A stretch of DNA of 64,000 bases, taken from assembly GCA_017992555.1 (NCBI GenBank), contig JAGOOK010000001.1, positions 36,134-100,133 of the forward strand. The letters run 5' to 3'. This document shows positions 33,989 to 44,886 of the stretch, piece by piece; position 1 is the first letter of the stretch, and the number at the start of each line of letters is the position of its first letter. Under the pieces are notes generated by a model. It made no database searches. It was not told where the DNA came from and was given only the letters and a program-made list of their open reading frames with translations. This stretch comes from Caldisericia bacterium (GTDB lineage Bacteria; Caldisericota; Caldisericia; JAAYUI01). The translations under genes and the position numbers were made by a program.

Positions 33989-34528
33989 TTATTGTGACTG
34001 ATCGTCAAGAAGCCTGAAAGCTTCCAGAAACTCAGAGATAATTTCAAATTCAAAATTGTTTTGTCTTTCAAAAAAGCGGGACATGTCGCCACGGCCCATT
34101 CTCTTGTATCTTGAAGCACGGCAGAGCATCTGGAGTCTGTCACATTCTTTTACGAATCTTGCCTCCAGCGACTCACACTTAATGTATTCCTCAAACAGCG
34201 CCTGCAATTTTTGGGAGCTCCCAAAAATTTTGCCGGACACTTTTTTCTCTGCGCTTTCCTTGTCAATGAATTCTTTTGCGCAAAGAGGCAAATCGGTTAG
34301 TAGGGCCTCCGGGATGTCGTGGACAAGCGCTAGCTCAAGGGCTTTTTCTTTTGAAATGCCCGGTACATGGTCAGAGAGCAAAAGAACAAGCATAGAGACA
34401 TTGTATGAGTGGGCAGAAACTGGCTCCGGGGAAGTGACTCCGGAGAGAAGATACCCAAACCTCGGTATATCTGTGAGGGTCTCGCAGTGGAGATATATCC
34501 CGGCAAGTTTTTTTATGTCATCTCTCAC
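33989..34528 (-). CDS. HD-domain phosphohydrolase (YfbR-like)
   Basis: H...HD motif (AHSYNV...LVHDIPE). 179 aa. Confidence 0.75.
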   Translation of the reverse strand: MRDDIKKLAGIYLHCETLTDIPRFGYLLSGVTSPEPVSAHSYNVSMLVLLLSDHVPGISKEKALELALVHDIPEALLTDLPLCAKEFIDKESAEKKVSGKIFGSSQKLQALFEEYIKCESLEARFVKECDRLQMLCRASRYKRMGRGDMSRFFERQNNFEFEIISEFLEAFRLLDDQSQ

Positions 34529-35405
34529 TGAGCATGCTCCTTATGTTTTCCAGTTCTCTGGTTGCCCTCTGCTTGTTTTCATCATTTGTATATCCGGCGC
34601 TGTCCTTGAGTAATGGCTCAACAATTGACATTGGATCCTTGTGCCCGTGGGTTTTTAGCGATTGCGCCAGGCTGATGCAAAATTGTGTCCTGAAATCATC
34701 TTTCGACTCGGAGACTGTTTTTGCCAGTGCATCGTCCCACTGTTTTGTGACCTCCGGATAATCACTTGTCGAATCAACAAATTTCCCGTTCTTCATGGAA
34801 TAAACAACCAGCGCGGATGGAACATAACTGGTATCATACTTGCCTGCCCACGACCTGTCGGCGCAAACCAGCTCGTAGGTCCCACTCTTGTCCAGGTCGT
34901 CAATGATCCACGGTGTTGTATGCTCTGGCAAAGAAAGAATGTTGACCATCATTTTGTCTTTGATATCCAGCATCATGATGGTCCTGTCAAAGGGCGACAT
35001 GGAGCGAAGAATTGAGACGGGGCCGGGTTTGCTCCCTTTCTCAAACCACTCTTTCCTGGAATCATTTGTGGAGGCAAACCAGAGCCAGTGAAAATTTATC
35101 CTTCGCGTTTGAGCAATTTCTCCGACAGGTTCTGCTGTCTCGTGGAACATCCAGTAGCAGACGAGTTTTTGCTCCTCCACCCCAGTGAGTCTGCTGTATA
35201 CCTGGATGTAATACTGGTTTCTGGAATCATCCTCCACTATCCTCATCTCGGTGTTGAACCAGCCATCTTTTAGCTCGTTGTCAATATGAAAAGACCACAA
35301 GAGGCCCTGTGGCCTGTCGTGGTCTTTTGTGTTGATGTCTAAAGCAAAAACCGGATGCCAGATTGAGATGGCAATCAAAAGGCCGGCAATGATGGCCTTT
35401 CTCAT
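34518..35405 (-). CDS. exported hypothetical protein
   Basis: Signal peptide MRKAIIAGLLIAISIWHPVFA. I recognise no family motif. Start overlaps the atpC stop (ATGA). Confidence 0.6.
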   Translation of the reverse strand: MRKAIIAGLLIAISIWHPVFALDINTKDHDRPQGLLWSFHIDNELKDGWFNTEMRIVEDDSRNQYYIQVYSRLTGVEEQKLVCYWMFHETAEPVGEIAQTRRINFHWLWFASTNDSRKEWFEKGSKPGPVSILRSMSPFDRTIMMLDIKDKMMVNILSLPEHTTPWIIDDLDKSGTYELVCADRSWAGKYDTSYVPSALVVYSMKNGKFVDSTSDYPEVTKQWDDALAKTVSESKDDFRTQFCISLAQSLKTHGHKDPMSIVEPLLKDSAGYTNDENKQRATRELENIRSMLSER

Positions 35406-35662
35406 TGCACCTTCTTGAAGTCGGTGGTCAGTATGATGATTTTGTCGTGGAACACCTCAATCCATCCATCAGAAACATTGTAAACCGAATCACCCTTTGC
35501 AGTTTTTGCTGTTATTTTGCCGGATTTCAGGGTCGCAACCATATTGATGTGTTTTGGGAGGATGCCCCAATAGCCATCTTCAAGAGGGACGATGAGCGAG
35601 GTTGCAACAAGTTTTTCCTCCCTTGATTCCGGTGTTATGATGGTGATGTTTAGCTGGTCCAC
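35402..35662 (-). CDS. atpC: F-type ATP synthase epsilon subunit, short form (beta-sandwich only)
   Basis: 86 aa; ITPE...VP..DG..GILP.H pattern. GTG start directly after the atpD TAA stop. Confidence 0.85.
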   Translation of the reverse strand: MDQLNITIITPESREEKLVATSLIVPLEDGYWGILPKHINMVATLKSGKITAKTAKGDSVYNVSDGWIEVFHDKIIILTTDFKKVQ

Positions 35663-37976
<2,314 letters not shown>

Positions 37977-37978
37977 GC

Positions 37979-39487
37979 TCAGCTCCCAAAGGTGGATGAT
38001 ACAGACTGCACAAGCTTGGAAATCCCTTCCTTGTGCGCATCGGTCAGTTTTGGTGCCATTGAGAGCTCCTTGAGGAGATCAGGCCTGAATCTTTTTGCTT
38101 CTTCGACAAGGATGCGCTCAAACTCTTGGACCTTGTCTTTTTTTATGTCATCCAGTGCACCGAGCGAATAGGCACCAAGGATAAGCACCTGCTGGCCAAC
38201 ATGCATTGGACTGTACTGTGGCTGTTTTAGCAGTTCGACGAGTTTTTCGCCCCTCTGGAGCTTCTTTTGGGTGACAGGGTCAAGCTCTGCGCCGAACTGG
38301 GCGAATGCCTTGAGGTCGTTGTACTGTGACAGATCAAGCTTGAGCGAACCGCCGACTTTTTTCATGGTCGGTATCTGGGCATTTCCGCCGACACGGGAAA
38401 CGGAAAGGCCGACGTTTACGGCTGGCCTTATGCCCTCGTGGAAAAGCTCTTTCTCAAGGTATATCTGGCCATCGGTGATGGAAATGAGGTTTGTTGGAAT
38501 ATACTGTGAAACATCGCCAGCCTGGGTTTCGATTATTGGCAGGGCGGTCATTGAACCGCCGCCAAGGTCCTTGTGAAGCTTTGCAGAGCGCTCAAGGAGC
38601 CTTGAATGGAGGTAGAAAATATCTCCAGGGTATGCTTCACGCCCTGGCGGACGCCTCAGAAGCAGTGCAAGTTCCCTGTAGGCATCGGCATGCTTTGAAA
38701 GGTCATCATAGATTATCAAGACGTGCTTGCCGGAACGCATCAGCTCTTCGCCGATTGCACAACCAACATAAGGAGCTATGTACCTGGTTGCTGGCGGCTG
38801 GTCTGCAAGGGTTGTGACGATGAGGGTGTAATCAAGTGCACCATAATCACGCAGTGTTTTGACAATTCCTGCCATGGTAGACGATTTCTGTGCAATTCCA
38901 ACATAGATACAAATTACGTTTTCGTCCTTCTGGTTCAGGATCGTGTCAATGGCGATGGCGGTTTTTCCTGTTTGCCTGTCGCCAATGATGAGCTCACGCT
39001 GTCCCCTGCCGATTGGGAAAAGGGCATCGATGGTTTTGATGCCGGTTTGCATTGGCTGGTGGACTGGCTCCCTCTCGATTACTGATGGGGCCTTTGTTTC
39101 AAGCGGGAGGAATTTTATCGATTTCGGTGCCGGCTTTCCGTCAATCGGATTGCCTAGGGGATCAATAACACGGCCAATCAGGTTTTGGGTGTAAGGAATT
39201 GAGAGAAGTCTCCCAGTTCTTGATACCCTGTCACCTTCCCTGACGTATTTGTCTTCACCGAGCAAAACGACTCCGACATAATCAGGGGCAAGTGAGAGCA
39301 CGAAACCCTCGATGCCACCTTCAAAACTCAACACCTCGCTGATGAAGGCATCAGAAAGCCCCCTTACAAGGGCAACACCATCACCAACTTCACTGACTGA
39401 TCCGGCATTTTCAATTACCGGGATGAAAGGCTTTGCCTCAAAAGAGGCTTGCCAGGTGTTGATTATTTCGTCTAGTATTTCAGGCAT
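37979..39487 (-). CDS. atpA: F-type ATP synthase alpha subunit
   Basis: GDRQTGKT P-loop; 502 aa. Confidence 0.97.
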   Translation of the reverse strand: MPEILDEIINTWQASFEAKPFIPVIENAGSVSEVGDGVALVRGLSDAFISEVLSFEGGIEGFVLSLAPDYVGVVLLGEDKYVREGDRVSRTGRLLSIPYTQNLIGRVIDPLGNPIDGKPAPKSIKFLPLETKAPSVIEREPVHQPMQTGIKTIDALFPIGRGQRELIIGDRQTGKTAIAIDTILNQKDENVICIYVGIAQKSSTMAGIVKTLRDYGALDYTLIVTTLADQPPATRYIAPYVGCAIGEELMRSGKHVLIIYDDLSKHADAYRELALLLRRPPGREAYPGDIFYLHSRLLERSAKLHKDLGGGSMTALPIIETQAGDVSQYIPTNLISITDGQIYLEKELFHEGIRPAVNVGLSVSRVGGNAQIPTMKKVGGSLKLDLSQYNDLKAFAQFGAELDPVTQKKLQRGEKLVELLKQPQYSPMHVGQQVLILGAYSLGALDDIKKDKVQEFERILVEEAKRFRPDLLKELSMAPKLTDAHKEGISKLVQSVSSTFGS

Positions 39488-39491
39488 AGGA

Positions 39492-40319
39492 TCACCTCAA
39501 GTCTTCGATGGTGGTTTCAACCATCCTTGAGATTGAGGAATCAAATATGGTGTCGCCAAAGACTATCCTGAGGCCGGAAATGAGCTCTGGTTTTATGATA
39601 AATTCAACCTTGGCGCCGTTCTTCACAAAACCGAGGACGAAATCTGAGACTGCCTTTTTGTCTGCCTCTGGCATTTCAGTTGCAGACTCGATGATGATTC
39701 TTGAAACCTTGCCTGCCTGGGATAGCGCATCACAAAGGTTCAGTTTATGGGAATGGATGTCACAAACCGTGAGTTTTGGCAGCTCGGAGATGATGTGTTT
39801 TGTATAGGCTTCGATCATGCCATTATCGAAGACCTGCTTCATGACCTGTCTCGAAGCCTGGACAATGATCTTTTTCGAGCGGCTCTTTAAATCTTGCTCG
39901 GTTATTTCACGCTCGCCTTTTGCTTCTTCCTCCGCAATCCTGAGTATAGATTTGGCGTCTTCCCTTGCTTTGCCAATGATCTCTTCCCTTATGGCTTCTG
40001 CGGTTTGGACCGTTTCCGATGTTATCTTTCTCGATTCCTCGGCTGCCACGCTTTTTTGTTTTTTGGCGTCTTCAAGTCCTGCTTTTGCTTCTTCCTGGAG
40101 CTTTTTTGCGTCATCAATTACTGAAGAAGCGGCTTTTTTTCTGTCTTCCATCATCTTCTTTACTGGCTTGTAAAGAAAAGTCCAGAGGACGATGAAAAGG
40201 AGGGAGAGGTTGAGTATGGCAAATAGCAGGGTTCGCCAGTCAATCTGGATAAGAGATGAAGAAGCTTCTTTTGCAACTTCATTTGCCGCTTGGGCGGCAC
40301 TAGCTAGCAGATAGTTCAT
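39492..40319 (-). CDS. atpF: F-type ATP synthase b subunit fused to a delta (OSCP) C-terminal domain
   Basis: N-terminal TM helix plus a long charged coiled coil (b-like). The C-terminal segment PELISGLRIVFGDTIFDSSISRMVETTIEDL matches the conserved delta C-terminus. ATG at 40319 is preceded by AGGTGG. No separate atpH in the operon. Confidence 0.8.
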   Translation of the reverse strand: MNYLLASAAQAANEVAKEASSSLIQIDWRTLLFAILNLSLLFIVLWTFLYKPVKKMMEDRKKAASSVIDDAKKLQEEAKAGLEDAKKQKSVAAEESRKITSETVQTAEAIREEIIGKAREDAKSILRIAEEEAKGEREITEQDLKSRSKKIIVQASRQVMKQVFDNGMIEAYTKHIISELPKLTVCDIHSHKLNLCDALSQAGKVSRIIIESATEMPEADKKAVSDFVLGFVKNGAKVEFIIKPELISGLRIVFGDTIFDSSISRMVETTIEDLR

Positions 40320-40332
40320 TGTGCCCACCTGC

Positions 40333-40596
40333 TTATATAAGCGGGTTTGCGAAGATAAGGACCAACGCTACTGCAAGTGCATAGATTACGAGCGACTCTA
40401 TGAGGGCCAGCGAAAGGATCAGGGTCGTGAATATCCTGTCTCCCGCTTCAGGCTGCCTTGCGATGGCGTCAGCTGCTGCTGCGGCCGCTTTGCCCTGTCC
40501 CTGTGCTCCTCCGAATGCTGCAATAGCGATTGCGAAAGATGCGGAGAAGACCGAAACAACCTTGATCAACCAAACCATGCTTGTGTTTGCGTCCAT
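40333..40596 (-). CDS. atpE: F-type ATP synthase c subunit
   Basis: Hairpin protein with ARQPE loop and the carboxylate in LIESLVIY. Confidence 0.93.
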   Translation of the reverse strand: MDANTSMVWLIKVVSVFSASFAIAIAAFGGAQGQGKAAAAAADAIARQPEAGDRIFTTLILSLALIESLVIYALAVALVLIFANPLI

Positions 40597-40598
40597 TG

Positions 40599-41435
40599 TT
40601 AGTGACCCCCTTTAGAAGTTACTGCAGGTTGCAGATAGACCAGGAACAACATGGTAAATACCAGTGCCTGGACAGCTCCAGTGAACAATCCGAGTCCCAG
40701 GATGACGATAGGGACAACAAAAGCCACGAGAGAGGAAATTACTTCGAGAACTATGTGCTCACCAGTCAGGTTTCCAAAAAGACGGACAGCCAGTGAAAGC
40801 GGGCGGCTGACTTCTTCAAGGATATTGATTGGCAACATGAATGCGTACGGTTTTACATAATGTTTCAAATATGGACCAATGCCTTTGACCTTCATGTATT
40901 GACCGTGGTAGTAGGAAATTGCTGTGAGGGCGAAACCAGTGGTTACCATAAGATCGGTTGTTGGTGCAATGACCATCTTGAAATTTTGGGAAATGCCATA
41001 GAAAGGAATGAATAGTGAGGAGACGATACCCAAAAGGTTTGAAATGAGGATGTAGCCGAAGAAAGCACAAACTGCCACCTCATAGCCTTTACCCTCATGC
41101 CCAAGGATGCTCTCGGCAAAATTTTGTGTGGTGACAACAACCATTTCTGCGAGAACAGCCCTCTTCGATCCTGGTTTTTTGACCCCGGAGCCAATAACTA
41201 TGATGATCGTGGAGAAAATCACAGTCGCGATGAGTAGTGCAAAAAACGTGTTTGACAGGGGTGATCCAAAAAGTGAGAAGGTTGTCTGCTGTGGGCCAAC
41301 TTCAATCTTGTGAGGGTGTGGAGAAGCTGGAACCAAGAACATTACGCAGGCGTAGGCAGCCACAAAAAATAATGCAATCCAGAAGCTTTTTTTCCTGAGC
41401 AGGGGAGTTTTTTTCTTTTTCACCACTTCAGCCAT
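40599..41435 (-). CDS. atpB: F-type ATP synthase a subunit
   Basis: Conserved [13 protein letters not shown] arginine motif. ATG at 41435 with GGAGG 5 nt upstream. Confidence 0.9.
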   Translation of the reverse strand: MAEVVKKKKTPLLRKKSFWIALFFVAAYACVMFLVPASPHPHKIEVGPQQTTFSLFGSPLSNTFFALLIATVIFSTIIIVIGSGVKKPGSKRAVLAEMVVVTTQNFAESILGHEGKGYEVAVCAFFGYILISNLLGIVSSLFIPFYGISQNFKMVIAPTTDLMVTTGFALTAISYYHGQYMKVKGIGPYLKHYVKPYAFMLPINILEEVSRPLSLAVRLFGNLTGEHIVLEVISSLVAFVVPIVILGLGLFTGAVQALVFTMLFLVYLQPAVTSKGGH

Positions 41436-41706
41436 TTTTGCCTCCGCGTTTAAACTTTGTAAACCATATCCACCATAGGCCAAAACCAAGCGCAAAGCCA
41501 CCAAAAGATGCTAACAAAACATAAAACCCAAGTAAAACTGGGGCAAAAAGTGCCAGCGCGGCAATGAGGAGCCTCAGCGGGTTTGTAATAACCGTCTGGC
41601 CTTTCATGAATGACTTTTGCGTTTGCAGGTAAAGGAGGTGGAACCATGCGAACCCGAGGCCACAACCCCAGATCGCTCCGCCGATTATCTCTATTGCTAT
41701 CTTCAT
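41428..41706 (-). CDS. atpI: small ATP-synthase-associated membrane protein (AtpI / AtpR-like)
   Basis: 92 aa, hydrophobic, Arg within a predicted TM (NPLRLLIAAL). Sits immediately upstream of atpB. ATGA overlap with atpZ. Confidence 0.55.
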   Translation of the reverse strand: MKIAIEIIGGAIWGCGLGFAWFHLLYLQTQKSFMKGQTVITNPLRLLIAALALFAPVLLGFYVLLASFGGFALGFGLWWIWFTKFKRGGKNG

Positions 41707-41912
41707 AGTTTGAATTTAAGGGCCGTTCTGGCAGAAGCAACGAGGCCCATACATATCAGGATCAGGAAGAATATCGGCATTGTTCCCAATGCCTTGTCGA
41801 GAAAGAAGCCGGCCACACCGCCAAGGGCAATGGGCATAATGAGCATGAAGACGATTGTCAGACCAAGGGCCCTCGCTTTTATCATCTCAGCAAATATCTT
41901 TCCTGCCCTCAA
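41703..41912 (-). CDS. atpZ: AtpZ/AtpQ-like small membrane protein (ATPase_gene1 family)
   Basis: Pattern G..GFFLDK.LGT.P.F.L...G typical of the family. Start set at the TTG at 41912, 5 nt downstream of AAGGAGA, which directly follows the nuoN TAA stop. Confidence 0.55.
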   Translation of the reverse strand: MRAGKIFAEMIKARALGLTIVFMLIMPIALGGVAGFFLDKALGTMPIFFLILICMGLVASARTALKFKL

Positions 41913-41922
41913 TGTTCTCTCC

Positions 41923-43377
41923 TTAGAGTGATTCGCTAGCTTTTGCAATGAGCTGGTAAATCCACGGCAAAAGGCCAATCACAAGTGTTAAAACCGAGCA
42001 TACTACTGCCACAAGATAAGCAAAAGAAAACCCTGGTTTGGTTTCTGTTTCCAAGTGCTCCTGATCTGGTGTTTCAAGATACATATTCTTTACAATGCCA
42101 AAATAATAGAATGCCGAGATGGCAGAATTTATGACTGCAAGAACCACAAGCCAGTAGAGGCCTGCCGAGACACCGGCGGTAAAAATAAGCAGTTTGCCAA
42201 AGAACCCTGCGGCAAACGGAATGCCAAGGAGCGAGACAAGCGAGACCGTCATTGCAAGTGCCAGACCGGGGTCCGTTTTGCTCAAGCCCTTGAAGTGATT
42301 CAAGGTTGTTCCACCCCTTCTTGCCTCTACAACTTTGATTACGGAAAACACTGCGATGTTCATGAGTGCATAGGCGGTAACATACATAAGTATGCCTCTG
42401 GCGCCTTCTGACCTGATTACTGCTTCAGGAGAGAATGCTATCACAACAATGCCTATGAGCATGTAGCCTATCTGCGCGATTGAGCTGTAGGCCATGATTC
42501 TTTTTACTTCAGTCTGCCAGATCGCAGTTAGGTTGCCGTATGTCATGGAGAGTGCCGAGATGGCAGCTATTGACCATTTTACCAGATTGGCAAAATTCTC
42601 GCTTGCCGCTGGGTTGATGCCCATTGATATGAACCTTGAAAGGACTATCAAGGCACCAATTTTGGGAGCAACAGAAATAAATGCAGTTGATATTGGCGGT
42701 GAGCCTTCGTAGACATCTGGTGCCCAAAAATGGAATGGAACTGCCGCTATTTTGAAAGAAAGGCCAGCAAGTACAAATATAAACCCAACCATTTCAAGCG
42801 GAGTGCCCTTTATGCTGTTGAAGAGCTCCACAAAGCTGAATGTGCCTGCTGTTGTGTAGATGAGGGATATTCCATAGATCGTCATTGCAGATGCAAAAGC
42901 ACCAAGGAGGAAGTATTTTACAACAGCCTCTTTTGATTTGGGATCATGCGATTTCAGGCCTGACAACATGTATAGGGGTATTGAAGACAGTTCTATTCCC
43001 AAATAAAGCGAGAGCATGTGCGATGACTGGACCAGGAACATCAGGCCAGTGACCGAGATGAGCATGAGGAACACGAATTCTCCTTGACGTTTTGAGGCAT
43101 CATTGAACATGTCAAGCGAAGAGACCAATATTGGCACAGAGATGACCAGAAGCAATCCCCTGGCAAAATTGGAGAAATCATTTTGCACAAAAAGGTTGCC
43201 TGCTGGTTCCCTGATTCCTGGAACAGTCTGCATGACAATAAACGAAATCACGACAGTCAGGATAGCCAACAAGCCAAGCATATACTTCCTTAGCGGGAAC
43301 TTGAACACCGACAGGAGGAGTATTATGCAGGCCCCGACAAGAAGGACCATCTCTGGATAAAATGAAGCAAAGTTCAT
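41923..43377 (-). CDS. nuoN: NADH-quinone oxidoreductase subunit N
   Basis: Antiporter-like 14-TM subunit, 484 aa, operon position. Confidence 0.9.
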   Translation of the reverse strand: MNFASFYPEMVLLVGACIILLLSVFKFPLRKYMLGLLAILTVVISFIVMQTVPGIREPAGNLFVQNDFSNFARGLLLVISVPILVSSLDMFNDASKRQGEFVFLMLISVTGLMFLVQSSHMLSLYLGIELSSIPLYMLSGLKSHDPKSKEAVVKYFLLGAFASAMTIYGISLIYTTAGTFSFVELFNSIKGTPLEMVGFIFVLAGLSFKIAAVPFHFWAPDVYEGSPPISTAFISVAPKIGALIVLSRFISMGINPAASENFANLVKWSIAAISALSMTYGNLTAIWQTEVKRIMAYSSIAQIGYMLIGIVVIAFSPEAVIRSEGARGILMYVTAYALMNIAVFSVIKVVEARRGGTTLNHFKGLSKTDPGLALAMTVSLVSLLGIPFAAGFFGKLLIFTAGVSAGLYWLVVLAVINSAISAFYYFGIVKNMYLETPDQEHLETETKPGFSFAYLVAVVCSVLTLVIGLLPWIYQLIAKASESL

Positions 43378-43386
43378 CTCGTCTCC

Positions 43387-44877
43387 TTAAACTATTGGAA
43401 GCGTTGGCAGTGTGGTGATTGCGTGTTGTATCATATTGAGGAGCGGCATCGGGAATATTCCAATGAAGAATATGAACCCAAGAAGCGGGGTTGCGGCGAA
43501 GAATTCCCTGAAGCTTGCGTCCCTGAGCTCTTTAAAATGCGGGTCTGCAACAGTGCCAAACAATACCCTTTGCATCATCCAGAGCATGACACCACCGTTT
43601 ATGATCATTCCAACAACGGAGACCCAGGCCCACCAGTTGACTGCCTGATATGCTGCAGTCATTGAAAGGAACTCACTGACAAAACCGGCAAGGGCTGGTA
43701 GACCGATTGATGCGAATGACGCGATGATGAGCATTATTGATATGATTGGAATGATTGATGCCATTCCCGGGAGCTTTGCAATTTCCCTTGTGTGGGTCCT
43801 GTCATAGATGTAGCCGACCAAAAGGAAGAGGAGGCCTGTTGTGATGCCGTGGTTGAACATTACAAGCACGGCCCCCTGGAGAGCGACCACGGCACCCGTT
43901 TTGAGGAATGCCGCTACAGCCAGGAGGACAAAACCCATGTGGTTCACCGAAGTATACGCAACAAGTTTTTTGAGGTCTTTCTGGACAAGCGAACAGAAGG
44001 CTCCGTAAACGATGCCTATCACTCCAAGAATACCGATGATGTCTGCCCACCATGTTGCAGCATACGGCATGATACCTACTCCAATACGGATGAGGCCGTA
44101 GCCTCCCATTTTAAGCAGGACGCCAGCAAGGAGGATTGATATTGGGGCCGGCGCTTCGACGTGTGCATCGGGAAGCCAGGTGTGGAACGGGAAAGACGGC
44201 ACCTTGATTGCGAAACCGAGGAAGAGTGCTCCAAACACCGGGAGCCCAAGGGCCCACCCTCTCAGGTTGGCACTTGTCTCGATTAACTGAGGTATCGAGA
44301 AGGTGTTTTGCCCGGAAGCAAAATATATTGCAAGCACACCGACCAGCATGAACAGGGAGCCGACCAAAGTGTAGATGAAGAACTTGATTGATGCGTAGAG
44401 CTTTCTGGGGCCGCCCCAGATGCCGATCAGGAAGTACATCGGCACGAGCACAAGTTCCCAGAACACATAGAAAAGCACCAGGTCAAGCGAAACAAAGACG
44501 CCTATAAGACCGGTCTCAAGGAGCAGGAACAGTGAATAGTACTCCTTGACCCTGTGGTTGATGTTGAACGATGCAAGGCAGGCCACAAAAGAGAGGAGTG
44601 TTGTAAGGAAGAGCATGAGCATTGACATGCCATCTACACCAAAGAAATAGGTAATGCCAACACTTTCAACCCATGGCACTTTGTCGATCAACTGGAAGCC
44701 AGGAACTGAAGTCTTGAACTGTGTCCAGATGAATATCGAAATGATGAGGTTAAGCGCTGTAAAGCCAAGAGCGGTCCATTTGATCCAGCCTGCCCATTTT
44801 TTCGGGAAGAGCAGAAGCAAGAGCGAACCGAGGAGCGGAAGAAACGTTACGATTGTAAGCAATCCATTGAATTCCAT
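43387..44877 (-). CDS. nuoM: NADH-quinone oxidoreductase subunit M
   Basis: Antiporter-like subunit with HTWLPDAHVEAP motif. Confidence 0.92.
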   Translation of the reverse strand: MEFNGLLTIVTFLPLLGSLLLLLFPKKWAGWIKWTALGFTALNLIISIFIWTQFKTSVPGFQLIDKVPWVESVGITYFFGVDGMSMLMLFLTTLLSFVACLASFNINHRVKEYYSLFLLLETGLIGVFVSLDLVLFYVFWELVLVPMYFLIGIWGGPRKLYASIKFFIYTLVGSLFMLVGVLAIYFASGQNTFSIPQLIETSANLRGWALGLPVFGALFLGFAIKVPSFPFHTWLPDAHVEAPAPISILLAGVLLKMGGYGLIRIGVGIMPYAATWWADIIGILGVIGIVYGAFCSLVQKDLKKLVAYTSVNHMGFVLLAVAAFLKTGAVVALQGAVLVMFNHGITTGLLFLLVGYIYDRTHTREIAKLPGMASIIPIISIMLIIASFASIGLPALAGFVSEFLSMTAAYQAVNWWAWVSVVGMIINGGVMLWMMQRVLFGTVADPHFKELRDASFREFFAATPLLGFIFFIGIFPMPLLNMIQHAITTLPTLPIV

Positions 44878-44886
44878 TCATTCCTC

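Noticed and set aside
33180-34001. 273-aa plus-strand ORF
   Set aside because: It lies almost entirely antisense to the well-conserved comM gene and has Ser/Ala/Pro-rich shadow-frame composition. It has no start context. I treat it as an antisense artefact.
41450-41740. 96-aa alternative-frame ORF overlapping atpI/atpZ
   Set aside because: It is an Arg/Pro-rich shadow frame of two hydrophobic membrane-protein genes that have proper coupling signals.
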